The notes under the pieces: generated by a model
Databases searched by the model: none
Told to the model about the DNA's origin: nothing
Seen by the model: the letters and a program-made list of their open reading frames with translations, nothing else
Shown here: positions 8,690-17,499 of the stretch, one piece after another
Position numbering within the stretch: the stretch's first letter is position 1
Layout: each line of letters begins with the position of its first letter
Position numbers and translations under genes: made by a program
NCBI GenBank assembly: GCA_041483895.1
Contig: JBGPGO010000007.1
Location: 131,378-195,377, forward strand
DNA from: Fimbriimonadia bacterium
Lineage (GTDB): Bacteria > Armatimonadota > Fimbriimonadia > Fimbriimonadales > JABRVX01
Reading direction: 5' to 3'
DNA: 64,000 nt

Positions 8690-11130
8690 TTCGAGTCCGC
8701 CTCATAATACACCCACTTGCTCAGTCGGAACTGCAGCAGCGTGAATATCAATATGATGACAAACAGCACCCAAGCGAGCGCGGAGGCGTACCCCATTCGA
8801 AGCCCGTCGAACGCCTGTCGGTACAGATGCAGCATATAGAACAGCGTCGCATCGTTGGGGCCGCCGCTCGTCATCACGAACGATTGCGTGAACACTTGAA
8901 AGCTGCCAATCACTCCCGTTACCAAGCAGAAGAACAGCGCCGGGCTAAGCAACGGGATCGTAACGGCTCGGAACCGTTTCAGTGCGCCCGCTCCATCTAC
9001 CACGGCCGCTTCGTAGTACTCCTGCGGAATATTCTGCAGCCCGGCCAATAGGATCACCATGCCGCCACCGATACCCCACAACGACATGATGATCAATCCG
9101 GTTAATGCCGTGCTCTCATTGCCTAACCAGTTGATCTGCTGTCCGGCAGGAGACAAAGGCCGCAAAAGCGACGCGAGTCCAAGAAAGTCGCCCTTTCCAT
9201 TTGCGCCATAGATGATTGTGTTCAGCAGGCCGCCTTCCGGTTGGAAAATCCGTCTCCAGATCAGCGATGCCGCCACCACGCTCGCAAGGGATGGCAAATA
9301 GTAAACGGCGCGAAATAATGCCATTCCTCGCACCTTCGCATTGAGCAGCAGCGCCAGCATCAGCGAGCCGAAAAGGCCAAGCGGGACGGCAACCAGGGTG
9401 TAAACGAAGGTCACTCGCAATGAAAGCCAGAACCGAGGATCGGCGGTGAGGGCATCGGCGTAGTTCGCCGCACCGCGCCATCTTGCGGGCTGAATGATGT
9501 CCCAATCGGCCATGCTCATGAAAAACGAAAGAGCCATCGGACCGAATGTGAACACAACGATCCCAATCAGCCATGGAGCGATGAACCAATACGCGCTGCG
9601 ATTCTCTCGCTTCTCGCGATTGGAGTACCGCACGCCTCGCTCCGGCCAATAGACCCACAGGAGGATCCCCGACGCCAGCAAGAGCCCACCCAGGATCGCG
9701 GGCCCCCATGCAAACGGGGGAAGGCGCTCCTGTTTTCGCAGCGCGTCGAGGCGGGCCTGGGCCTCCGCGGTTCCCTCGTGCAGCGCCTGCTGTGCCGACT
9801 TCGTGCCGAGCCAGATAGTATCCAGGCGAGAAGTGAGCAATCCGTACACTTCAGGCCAAGCGTCACCCGAGGGGGCGAAGTGCACATACGGGATCGCCTC
9901 GTCCGTCACGATCCGATGTGCGGGATAGCGCATTTCAACCGGTGTGTTCGGTCCCGGAATCCAAACGTCTGATAGGGCGATGCGGCGGATCGCCGGCTGG
10001 CCCAGCCCCGACTCCGCCAGGTTCTTCATCCCTTGCGGGCCGGCGAGCCATTGGACGAGCAGCCAGGCCTCCCAAGGGTGCTGGGTTGAGCTTGCGATGG
10101 AATAGCCGGAGCCGCCGGTCGGGAATCGCCTCGTCCCATCCTTGTATGCCGGAAAAAGAGTGATGTCGTAATCGAAAAATTCCTTCGTCCCGGGCTTCAG
10201 AAACTTGCGAAGGTTGGGAACTTCCCAAATTCCGGTCTGGTACATTGCCACCTTTTGCGATACGAACAGCATGGTGGCGTTGGTCTGCATCACGCTCGAC
10301 ATTTCAGTCGGGCTCGGCTCAAATCCGTACTTGAATATCAGGTCTGCCGCCAAACCGTACCCGCGCCGCATCGCGGGGCTATCGAATAGGATCTTGGTCG
10401 GGTTCTCATAATCATCGGTGAACCTTCCTCCCAATGAAAGTGAGAAGCAGTCCGCCGTCAGGCTCGGCCATCCGGGGCTGTATCCCCACTGAATCGTTTT
10501 GCCCTCTTGGTTCTTTTTGGTGAGCTGCCGCATAACCCATAGGAAATCCTTGTCCCGCAATTCCGGCCGCACCTTATCATCCCATGTCCAGCTTCCATCC
10601 GGATACGGAATCCCCGCTTCGTCAAACAGCCGCTTGTTGTAGTAGATCAGGCCGATGGGCGCGATGTCGCGAGGAAGAACGTACAGCCGGCCTTTCCGCC
10701 GGTGCGCGCGGACGATCGGTTCATAGTATTGTTTGATGTCGAATCCCGGTGTTTTCGCGATAAAACCGTCCAGGGGCAGCAGCGCCTTTCGCTTGGCGAA
10801 TTGCTGGAACCGCTCGAAGCCCATCATGAGGACGTCCGGTGCGACGTTGGCGGCATACTGTGCCAGCATCTTCTGCTGATACATACCGTAGTCCACGTTC
10901 TCCAGCTTCACTTTTATGTAGGGGTAGCGCTGTTCAAACTCCGCGATGGTCTTGCGTTGCACGCTCAGGGCTTGGTCGCCTTCCCAGGACGCCAATCGGA
11001 GGACGATTGGGTTCGGCGCCGCCACTCCATGGCCAGCTGCAAGCAAGAAAAGGAGGTAGATGACAGTCAGGCGGAACACTTTGCTTCGCGCGACATACGT
11101 CACGCGATTAAGGCTGGTTCCGTGCTTCAC
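8686..11130 (-). CDS. Fusion protein: extracellular sugar-binding protein (family 1 SBP) + MalF-like ABC permease
   Basis: The N-terminal ~480 aa have a signal peptide plus an SBP_bac_1-like sequence (LRLASWEGDQ...FEQRYPYIKVKLENVDYG...). This is followed by a TM anchor and a permease with an EAA loop (YYEAAVVDGAGALKRFRAVTIPLLSP). One uninterrupted ORF. Confidence 0.75.
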   Translation of the reverse strand: MKHGTSLNRVTYVARSKVFRLTVIYLLFLLAAGHGVAAPNPIVLRLASWEGDQALSVQRKTIAEFEQRYPYIKVKLENVDYGMYQQKMLAQYAANVAPDVLMMGFERFQQFAKRKALLPLDGFIAKTPGFDIKQYYEPIVRAHRRKGRLYVLPRDIAPIGLIYYNKRLFDEAGIPYPDGSWTWDDKVRPELRDKDFLWVMRQLTKKNQEGKTIQWGYSPGWPSLTADCFSLSLGGRFTDDYENPTKILFDSPAMRRGYGLAADLIFKYGFEPSPTEMSSVMQTNATMLFVSQKVAMYQTGIWEVPNLRKFLKPGTKEFFDYDITLFPAYKDGTRRFPTGGSGYSIASSTQHPWEAWLLVQWLAGPQGMKNLAESGLGQPAIRRIALSDVWIPGPNTPVEMRYPAHRIVTDEAIPYVHFAPSGDAWPEVYGLLTSRLDTIWLGTKSAQQALHEGTAEAQARLDALRKQERLPPFAWGPAILGGLLLASGILLWVYWPERGVRYSNREKRENRSAYWFIAPWLIGIVVFTFGPMALSFFMSMADWDIIQPARWRGAANYADALTADPRFWLSLRVTFVYTLVAVPLGLFGSLMLALLLNAKVRGMALFRAVYYLPSLASVVAASLIWRRIFQPEGGLLNTIIYGANGKGDFLGLASLLRPLSPAGQQINWLGNESTALTGLIIMSLWGIGGGMVILLAGLQNIPQEYYEAAVVDGAGALKRFRAVTIPLLSPALFFCLVTGVIGSFQVFTQSFVMTSGGPNDATLFYMLHLYRQAFDGLRMGYASALAWVLFVIILIFTLLQFRLSKWVYYEADSK

Positions 11131-13504
11131 AGCTCGTTGCCGATACGGAGTGGATTGCGCCGGAACCGGCAGAGGTCAGCAAATTTCCATCGAGCGGCTC
11201 GCCATCCACATGGAGTTGCAGCGCTTTCTCCAACCCGGTGATGTTGAATCGTATGTCGAACCGTTCTCCTCGGAATCGCCGCATCACGCGGTAGGTCTCC
11301 CAGGCGCCCGGCTCGATGAGCAGGCCTTTTCGAGTCGCCCGCACCCCGCACAGCCAATCGAGCGCGATCCGGTACATCCAGGCGGAAGAGCCCGTGTACC
11401 ATGTCCAGCCGGCTCTGCCCTCATTTGGCGAGTCAGGTCCATCCACGTTTCCTGGCATGACATAGGGTTCGGCGGCGTACCGCCCTGCATCCTCCGCCGC
11501 TCGGCAAGGCGGAGACATTGACCGGTAAATGGAGTAGGCGGTTTCCATTTCGCCCATCATGGCGAAGGCTTGAATCGCCCACGTGGAAGCATGGCTGTAC
11601 ACCCCGCCATTCTCCCGAAGTCCGGGCGCGTATCGCGTTATGTAGCCGAGGGACGGATCGACGGAGTCAAACGCCGGCGCGAGGAGCAGCGCCCCGTACG
11701 GCTTGACCAGACGTTCGCGGACCGACTCCATGGCTGTCCGTACCCGCTCCGGGGTACCGCTGCCGCTGATTGCGGCCCAGGTCTGCGGATTGAGGAAGAT
11801 GGAACCCTCTTTGCACTCGTGGCTGCCGAACGGCCTCCCGTCGTCGCGGAAACCGGCGACGTACCAATCGCCATCCCATCCGTGCTTGTTGATCGCTGTG
11901 AAGAGCTCTTCGTTTGCCAAATCGTAACCCGCAACGAGGTCGCAGCGCCCCAATTCTTTGAGCGTTGGAGTGAGCCGCCGAAGAATGTCGACAAGGAACA
12001 TCGCCAGCCAGACGCTTTCCCCTTTCCCGTCGATCCCCGCATGGCTGAGGCCGTCGTTCCAGTCGCCGGCTCCGATCAGCGGCAATCCCCGCGCCGATCG
12101 TCTTTCCAGAGCGCGATCGATGCCGCGCAGAACATGATCCAACACCGTTCCCTTCGCCCCGAATCGCTGTGTGGTTCTCGATAGGAAACGGCATGGTTCC
12201 TCGGCAAAGTCGAGGTCGTTCGACTCATCAAGATAGGCGAGGAATCCATAAGCGGGCCACAAACTGGTGTCGCTGTGGCGGCTTTCGGAGAATATCTCGG
12301 TACCCGGATGCCACCAGTGCCGGACACCGCCGTCTTCATACATGGCTTCCAGGTGCGTCCGCAACTGCTGCTTGGTCTTCTCCGGATGCAAGGAGCACCA
12401 AAGCAGGCTGTCTTGCAGTTGATCCCGGTACCCGTATGCGCCGCCCTGCTGATAGTAGCCGCATCGAGCCTGCAGGCGGCCGACAATCGTTTGATATTTC
12501 ATCCAGTGGTTGGTCAGTAGGTTCACGCCTTCGTCCGGAGTTTCGATGAACGTCTCTTGCAACAACCGACTCCAATGGTCCTTCAGCCGGTCCAATTCTC
12601 GCTGTGCCTGGCAGATCGTCCATCCCTCGCTCGCCTGCTCGGCCGCGGCACGGTCGGTTTCCGCTCCCAGCACAAATAAAAGAGTCTTCGTTTCGCCCGG
12701 TCCTAAACTCAATGGGACAATCACTGAGGCGATTGGGTCTTGCCACCGTGTTCCAGCACAGGAGGGATCTTGCCGTCGAAGCGAGTCGGGGTTTGCAAGG
12801 CTTCCACCCGGACCGATGAAGGAGGCTTTGCTGGTGTTCCACGCGACGGACTCCGCTCCCTTGACGGCGTGAAATGCGAATAGCTCGCAATCCTCCGGTT
12901 CCCGAATGTTCTCCTTCATCCCCGGGTGCTTCCAAGCCAAGCATCGATCGGATGCGCAGGAGGTTTCTATGAACAGCCGATGGAATTCCCGGTGCCATTC
13001 GCCGACAGCTCCCAGAAACCAATCGACATAGGAAGCGACGCGCAAGGAGCGCGTTTCGGCGCCAATGTTCGTCACCTCTAACAGCCAGAGTTCGCAGTTG
13101 GCTTCGAGAGGGACGAAGCAGGTCTGGCGGGACCGAATGCCGAACAGCTCACGCTCGAATATCGTGTACCCGAGCCCGTGGGTCACCGCTTCAATATCTG
13201 CCCGCAGCCGCGTCGGCCCCCAGGTTGTTGACCAAGGTGGGCCCGGCTGGTCGAGGTCCTGGAGGTAGATATAACGGCCGTAGGCGTCGGCAACCAGATC
13301 TTGCTCCCACCTGGTGATTCGGTGGAGCTGGCAATTGTCCAGCCAGGAGAACCCGCCTCCCGCCTGGCTCACGATGGCGGAATACCGTCCATTGCTGAGA
13401 ATATTGACCCAAGGCGTCGGGGTTCGGGGATCGGTGATAATGAACTCTCGGCCGTCTGGGGAGAAAAATCCGAATTCGTTGGGCATGACACCCTGGTGAG
13501 GCAT
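11108..13504 (-). CDS. GH94-family glycan phosphorylase (cellobiose / chitobiose / beta-1,2-oligoglucan phosphorylase-like)
   Basis: N-terminus FGFFSPDGREFIITDPRTPTPWVNILSNG and central QQGGAYGYRDQLQDS are GH94-like. Length is about 800 aa. The start is uncertain (ATG 13504, ATG 13486 or TTG 13564). Confidence 0.75.
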   Translation of the reverse strand: MPHQGVMPNEFGFFSPDGREFIITDPRTPTPWVNILSNGRYSAIVSQAGGGFSWLDNCQLHRITRWEQDLVADAYGRYIYLQDLDQPGPPWSTTWGPTRLRADIEAVTHGLGYTIFERELFGIRSRQTCFVPLEANCELWLLEVTNIGAETRSLRVASYVDWFLGAVGEWHREFHRLFIETSCASDRCLAWKHPGMKENIREPEDCELFAFHAVKGAESVAWNTSKASFIGPGGSLANPDSLRRQDPSCAGTRWQDPIASVIVPLSLGPGETKTLLFVLGAETDRAAAEQASEGWTICQAQRELDRLKDHWSRLLQETFIETPDEGVNLLTNHWMKYQTIVGRLQARCGYYQQGGAYGYRDQLQDSLLWCSLHPEKTKQQLRTHLEAMYEDGGVRHWWHPGTEIFSESRHSDTSLWPAYGFLAYLDESNDLDFAEEPCRFLSRTTQRFGAKGTVLDHVLRGIDRALERRSARGLPLIGAGDWNDGLSHAGIDGKGESVWLAMFLVDILRRLTPTLKELGRCDLVAGYDLANEELFTAINKHGWDGDWYVAGFRDDGRPFGSHECKEGSIFLNPQTWAAISGSGTPERVRTAMESVRERLVKPYGALLLAPAFDSVDPSLGYITRYAPGLRENGGVYSHASTWAIQAFAMMGEMETAYSIYRSMSPPCRAAEDAGRYAAEPYVMPGNVDGPDSPNEGRAGWTWYTGSSAWMYRIALDWLCGVRATRKGLLIEPGAWETYRVMRRFRGERFDIRFNITGLEKALQLHVDGEPLDGNLLTSAGSGAIHSVSATSCEARNQP

Positions 13505-13628
13505 TCGAGTCTCAATTCTTGGAGGAAGTTGGTCAATTCTACCAGAACTGAAACCTTTCTGCAACCCGCATTTTTCCTTAAGTCATAGAAAATACCTACC
13601 CCGAAAGGTTGCTGTGTGGCACAAGTTG

Positions 13629-13637
13629 TGATATCAT
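13629..13637 (+). promoter_or_regulatory. Candidate extended -10 promoter element (TGaTATCAT)
   Basis: TG-n-TATCAT lies 51 nt upstream of ATG 13688, in the divergent intergenic region between the GH94 operon and the secreted tandem-domain gene. Confidence 0.35.
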
Positions 13638-13648
13638 GAGGTAGCAAC

Positions 13649-13666
13649 TGCTGAAAGGCTTCAGCA
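13649..13666. promoter_or_regulatory. Candidate LacI-family operator palindrome TGCTGAA-aggc-TTCAGCA
   Basis: Perfect 7-bp inverted arms sit just downstream of the candidate -10. A LacI-family regulator is encoded at 16296-17330, and the related sequence TGCTGAAACCTTTCA lies at 17334-17348. Confidence 0.3.
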
Positions 13667-13687
13667 AAACATCAAAAAAATCGGAGC

Positions 13688-15406
13688 ATGAACGTCATGA
13701 AGACGCGTACCCTGCTTTGTGCGGCTGTTGGCATCTGTCTGGTGGCAACAGGCTCCGCGCAAAGGTTTTCATCAATCTACAAGTCCGAAAGGTACTTCAA
13801 CGACAACCCCTTATCGGTCCTCAAGTCGACCGACCAATATCCGAAAAGTTTGAAGATGGACGAAAGCAACCTCAATGTCAATATCAATCGGCACGTCTAT
13901 TACTTTTCGGAAGACGGCGGCGCCAATCCGTCGTTATTCAACAACACCGAGTATTGGAATATTTCAACGGATGTCACGATCAATCATGATCCTGTGGTTT
14001 ACCGGCAGGAAGCGGGAATCTACTTCAACTACAACGGTTGGGACGGCCAGATGATGGTGGCCTCCGACGGCGAAGTCGCTGTCTTCGGCTACATTCTTCC
14101 GTTCCACACATTCGGCAACATTTATACAGAAGGCACCACGATCCGAATCGGGATTCGCTATTTCAACGATCCCAATGACGGACTCAACAAGCTGGAGTAT
14201 TACGCCGGGAACAACAGCGTGGTGTACACACCCGGTAACACGGAACAGGGTTTGCTGGACGGCACGAAGCTAGGCTTCTACGCTCAGGACCGGGGCGATG
14301 CAGGCAACCCGACCGAGACTCACATTCGATTCAGCCACATCGTCGCGGGGTTAGATCCCGATCCGTTCGCCAATGTCCAGATCAACGAGAGAGTTTTCAA
14401 CGACACCCCGGGCAGTGTTTTGACAACAACGAACAGCTATCCGGACAGCATTCAGTTCGCCGAAACGGGACTCAACAATGGTCTCAATCGGCACCTTTGG
14501 TACTTCTCTCCGAACGGAGTTGACGCGAGTCTGTTCGGCAACACGGAGTATTGGAACGTCGCGATGGATGTGACAATCCAGCCGACGCCGAGCGGACCGA
14601 GACGCCAGGAAGCCGGCATGTACTTCAACTACAACGGCTGGGACGGCCAGTTCATGGTGGCCTCCGATGGGGAGATAGCCATATTTGGCTACATTCTGCC
14701 GTTCTACAAGTTCAAGACGACGTACGCGGTCGGCACGACGATCACCATAGGGATGCGCTACTTCAACGATCCCTGTGATGGCAAGAACAAGCTGGAATAC
14801 TACGCAGGCAACGAATCCAAGGTCGTCACACCGGACAACGGCGAACAAGGACTGTTGACCGGAACCAAATTGGGCGCGTATTGCCAGCATGGCGGCAGCC
14901 TGGCCGAGCCGCACGACGTGACCTCGACCTTTAGCCATATCGTCGGCGTCCACTGGTTCAATTCGACGGCCTCGTCAATCGGTGGCGCGGTATCGCTCGA
15001 CCTGTTCTCCGGCGATCCAAGCATACTTTCCGGTGAGCTCGAGCTCCGAGATCCGGACACCAATGCAGTTCTCAACACCTATGGCGTCACCCTGGAAAGC
15101 GATGGCACGTACACGGTTCCTTCCGTCGTTCCCGGCACATACGACGTCGCCTTCAAGCTGGACCACTTCCTAAGAGAAGTGAGTTCCTCGGTCGAAATTG
15201 GCGCCGGCTGCGCAACGGCGGACTTCAATCAAATCAACGGAGATGCGGACGGCAACAATCAGGTCGCCCTCCCGGACCTCAACCAACTGTTCATCAACTT
15301 CGCTTCCACCACCGAACCCGGTTCGGATCTGGATGGAAGCGGACAAGTGGACCTGGGAGACATCAATGCCGTCTTCCTGAACTTTGCCATGGTTGGAGCG
15401 CCTTAG
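13688..15406 (+). CDS. Secreted protein: 2x ~200-aa unrecognised domain + beta-sandwich + dockerin-like C-terminus
   Basis: Signal peptide (MKTRTLLCAAVGICLVATGSAQ). Internal duplication between aa ~34-233 and ~234-420, with shared blocks NRH.YYFS, TEYWN, RQEAG.YFNYNGWDGQ.MVASDGE.A.FGYILPF, RYFNDP.DG.NKLEYYAGN and FSHIV. C-terminal paired DxDGxxxVxxxDLN motifs. An alternative start is the ATG at 13697. Confidence 0.8.
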   Translation: MNVMKTRTLLCAAVGICLVATGSAQRFSSIYKSERYFNDNPLSVLKSTDQYPKSLKMDESNLNVNINRHVYYFSEDGGANPSLFNNTEYWNISTDVTINHDPVVYRQEAGIYFNYNGWDGQMMVASDGEVAVFGYILPFHTFGNIYTEGTTIRIGIRYFNDPNDGLNKLEYYAGNNSVVYTPGNTEQGLLDGTKLGFYAQDRGDAGNPTETHIRFSHIVAGLDPDPFANVQINERVFNDTPGSVLTTTNSYPDSIQFAETGLNNGLNRHLWYFSPNGVDASLFGNTEYWNVAMDVTIQPTPSGPRRQEAGMYFNYNGWDGQFMVASDGEIAIFGYILPFYKFKTTYAVGTTITIGMRYFNDPCDGKNKLEYYAGNESKVVTPDNGEQGLLTGTKLGAYCQHGGSLAEPHDVTSTFSHIVGVHWFNSTASSIGGAVSLDLFSGDPSILSGELELRDPDTNAVLNTYGVTLESDGTYTVPSVVPGTYDVAFKLDHFLREVSSSVEIGAGCATADFNQINGDADGNNQVALPDLNQLFINFASTTEPGSDLDGSGQVDLGDINAVFLNFAMVGAP

Positions 15407-15431
15407 GCGTCACCATACTTCGCTAGTGACT

Positions 15432-15468
15432 AGCCCCCGGCCATGAAGCAATGGCTGGGGGCTTTCTT
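15432..15468. terminator. Bidirectional hairpin terminator between convergent genes
   Basis: AGCCCCCGGCCAT-gaagca-ATGGCTGGGGGCT forms a 13-bp stem with one G-T pair, followed by TTCTT. It lies between the stop at 15406 (+) and the stop at 15533 (-). Confidence 0.6.
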
Positions 15469-15532
15469 GAGCCTGGAATACGAACGAACCCCGGCGGATA
15501 CCGCCGGGGTCGTCGGACCGGACGCTGCGAAT

Positions 15533-16279
15533 CTAGAATGGAAGGGAATTACAGAATGTGTCGAGCCAGGGAATCGATGTCGGCGAGCCGTTGATATCGT
15601 AGACCCATTGGCCGCGCGTGTATTGCCACATGTTTTCCGCATTATCCGGCTGGCAGGTCAGTCGGAGAGGGATGTTTTTCGAGTGGCCATCCATGAAGAG
15701 TGTGACCATGGAGCGATCATCACGGCGGCCGCCACCCCAGTTCGGGATGTTCCAACCGCCTTTTCCGTTGTAGAGATACTCAATCCATGGACCGTAGTCC
15801 GGGTACACGTCCTTGTTTTCCGCAACGACAATCGCTTTCGCCGGTTCGTGGACGGACCGAGCGGTGTAATTGGCCACGTCCTGCCAATTCCCGGTTTTGA
15901 AGAACGGTCTGTAGTAAAAGTAACCGCGATAGAAGCGTGGTTTTACCGGGTTTGTCATAACGGCTTGCTCATCGAAGATGCGCGCGCCCGGATTCAGAGG
16001 ATCCTTGAAAACTTCGGCGCTTTTCGCGTACGGCTGCAAACCGTGCTTCCAACTCCGGCGCCCGTCATCGTCTCGGATCTTGAACATGACGCCGTTCTGA
16101 TCGTCCACGTACATCTGAATTGCGGTGCCGATCTGCTTCATGTTCGAGATGGTAACTGTTCCCATCGCGGAAACCCGCGCGCTGGCAAACACTGGGAAAA
16201 GAATGGCTGCCAGAATGGCAATGATAGCGATTACCACGAGAAGCTCGATGAGAGTAAAGGCCTTTTTATTCAATTTCAT
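15533..16279 (-). CDS. Prepilin-type N-terminal cleavage/methylation domain protein, DUF1559-like pseudopilin
   Basis: N-terminus MKLNKKAFTLIELLVVIAIIAILAAILFPVF is a class III signal/methylation motif. The C-terminal part has the ...LFMDGHS... pattern seen in the DUF1559 family. Confidence 0.85.
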   Translation of the reverse strand: MKLNKKAFTLIELLVVIAIIAILAAILFPVFASARVSAMGTVTISNMKQIGTAIQMYVDDQNGVMFKIRDDDGRRSWKHGLQPYAKSAEVFKDPLNPGARIFDEQAVMTNPVKPRFYRGYFYYRPFFKTGNWQDVANYTARSVHEPAKAIVVAENKDVYPDYGPWIEYLYNGKGGWNIPNWGGGRRDDRSMVTLFMDGHSKNIPLRLTCQPDNAENMWQYTRGQWVYDINGSPTSIPWLDTFCNSLPF

Positions 16280-16295
16280 TCGATCACCTCAAGAC

Positions 16296-17330
16296 TTAGC
16301 TTGTATAAAGTTCGGGACGGCTGGTCGAGCCCCGCACGTCAATCGCGAGCGGGAAGACGACCTGCAAGTGGTCTACGGGTTGTTTATGAACAATCGAGGC
16401 CAGCAGGATGGTTGCCCGCCTCGCCATATCTCGAATCGGTTGACGAATACTGGTTAGTTTCGGGTCGACCCGATCGCATGAATCCGTGCTGTCAAACCCC
16501 ACGATTGACACGTCCTTGGGAACCGCCAGACCCAGTTCGCACAGTAGCCGCAGGCAGTTGAACGCCACGTCATCGGACCAGACAAAAAGCGCCGTCGGTC
16601 GGTCCTTGCGGTTCATCAAATCGATGAGCGCCCCAGTGTTCGAAGAAGGGGTTTCCATCGTGACAACCATCTCCGGATCGAACGGCAACGACGCCTCCTC
16701 AAGGGCGCTTCGAAAGCCATGCAGGCGATCCGTGGAACTCCGCGACCCGTGCGGTCCCCGAATCATACCAAGCCGCTTGTGCCCAAGTGAAATCAAGTGT
16801 TCGGCCGCCAGCCGGCCGCCAGAATAGTTATCGGCATCCACAAAGGGTACGTCCGGATCGTCGGTCCGCGTGAAAAACAGAACGCTCGGAAACTTGCGGT
16901 TCAACAGGTCCAGCTGTGTTTGATCGTCGACGTCTCGCAGAACCAAAGCGCCGTCCACACGGCCATCGGAGATCACATCGGCTTCGCTCCCCGCGCCGTT
17001 TACGGCTTTCGTGTGGAGCAGCAGGTCCATCCCAGTCTCCACGCATCCCTCGCACACGCCGTGCATCGCCTCGGCAATGAAATTCGACCACGATGAAAAG
17101 TAGGTGGCATACTGAAAAACGACGGCGATCGTATCGGTCTTCTGTTTCAAAAGCATCTTTGCCAACGCGTTGGGCCGATAGCCTAACTCGCGGGCGACCT
17201 CAATCACCCGTTCTTCCGTGCCGGCACTGATGCGCGCCTCTGTTGCCCTGCCGTTCAGGACGTAGCTGACGGTGACCTTGCTGACCCCGGCAAGGCGTGC
17301 CACATCCTCAATCGTATTTCTCTTCTCCAT
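16296..17330 (-). CDS. LacI-family transcriptional regulator
   Basis: N-terminal HTH TIEDVARLAGVSKVTVSYVLNG plus a periplasmic-binding-protein-like sugar-sensor domain. Size is 344 aa. Confidence 0.9.
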   Translation of the reverse strand: MEKRNTIEDVARLAGVSKVTVSYVLNGRATEARISAGTEERVIEVARELGYRPNALAKMLLKQKTDTIAVVFQYATYFSSWSNFIAEAMHGVCEGCVETGMDLLLHTKAVNGAGSEADVISDGRVDGALVLRDVDDQTQLDLLNRKFPSVLFFTRTDDPDVPFVDADNYSGGRLAAEHLISLGHKRLGMIRGPHGSRSSTDRLHGFRSALEEASLPFDPEMVVTMETPSSNTGALIDLMNRKDRPTALFVWSDDVAFNCLRLLCELGLAVPKDVSIVGFDSTDSCDRVDPKLTSIRQPIRDMARRATILLASIVHKQPVDHLQVVFPLAIDVRGSTSRPELYTS

Positions 17331-17499
17331 CGTTGCTGAAACCTTTCACCTAAAGTGTAACATACTGTCGGGTCGTGCCGTTATTCTCTGTAGCGATTCC
17401 GAATAAACACGTAATTATACCAGGCTATCTCCCGATAGTTACGAGATGGTCCTGGAGCTACAATCAGTGCTGAATGGTTTCAGTTTGGAGAATTGAGCG

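Noticed and set aside
13688-15406. Cellulosome component, suggested by the dockerin-like tails
   Set aside because: No cohesin or scaffoldin-like gene is present in the window. The tagged enzymes (protease, alpha-galactosidase-like) are not cellulosomal types. The tails are kept as an orphan-dockerin observation instead.
15443-16561. 372-aa plus-strand ORF spanning the pseudopilin and LacI genes
   Set aside because: It runs antisense to two well-supported genes with clear family signatures, and crosses their intergenic gap. Its own translation has no recognisable features.
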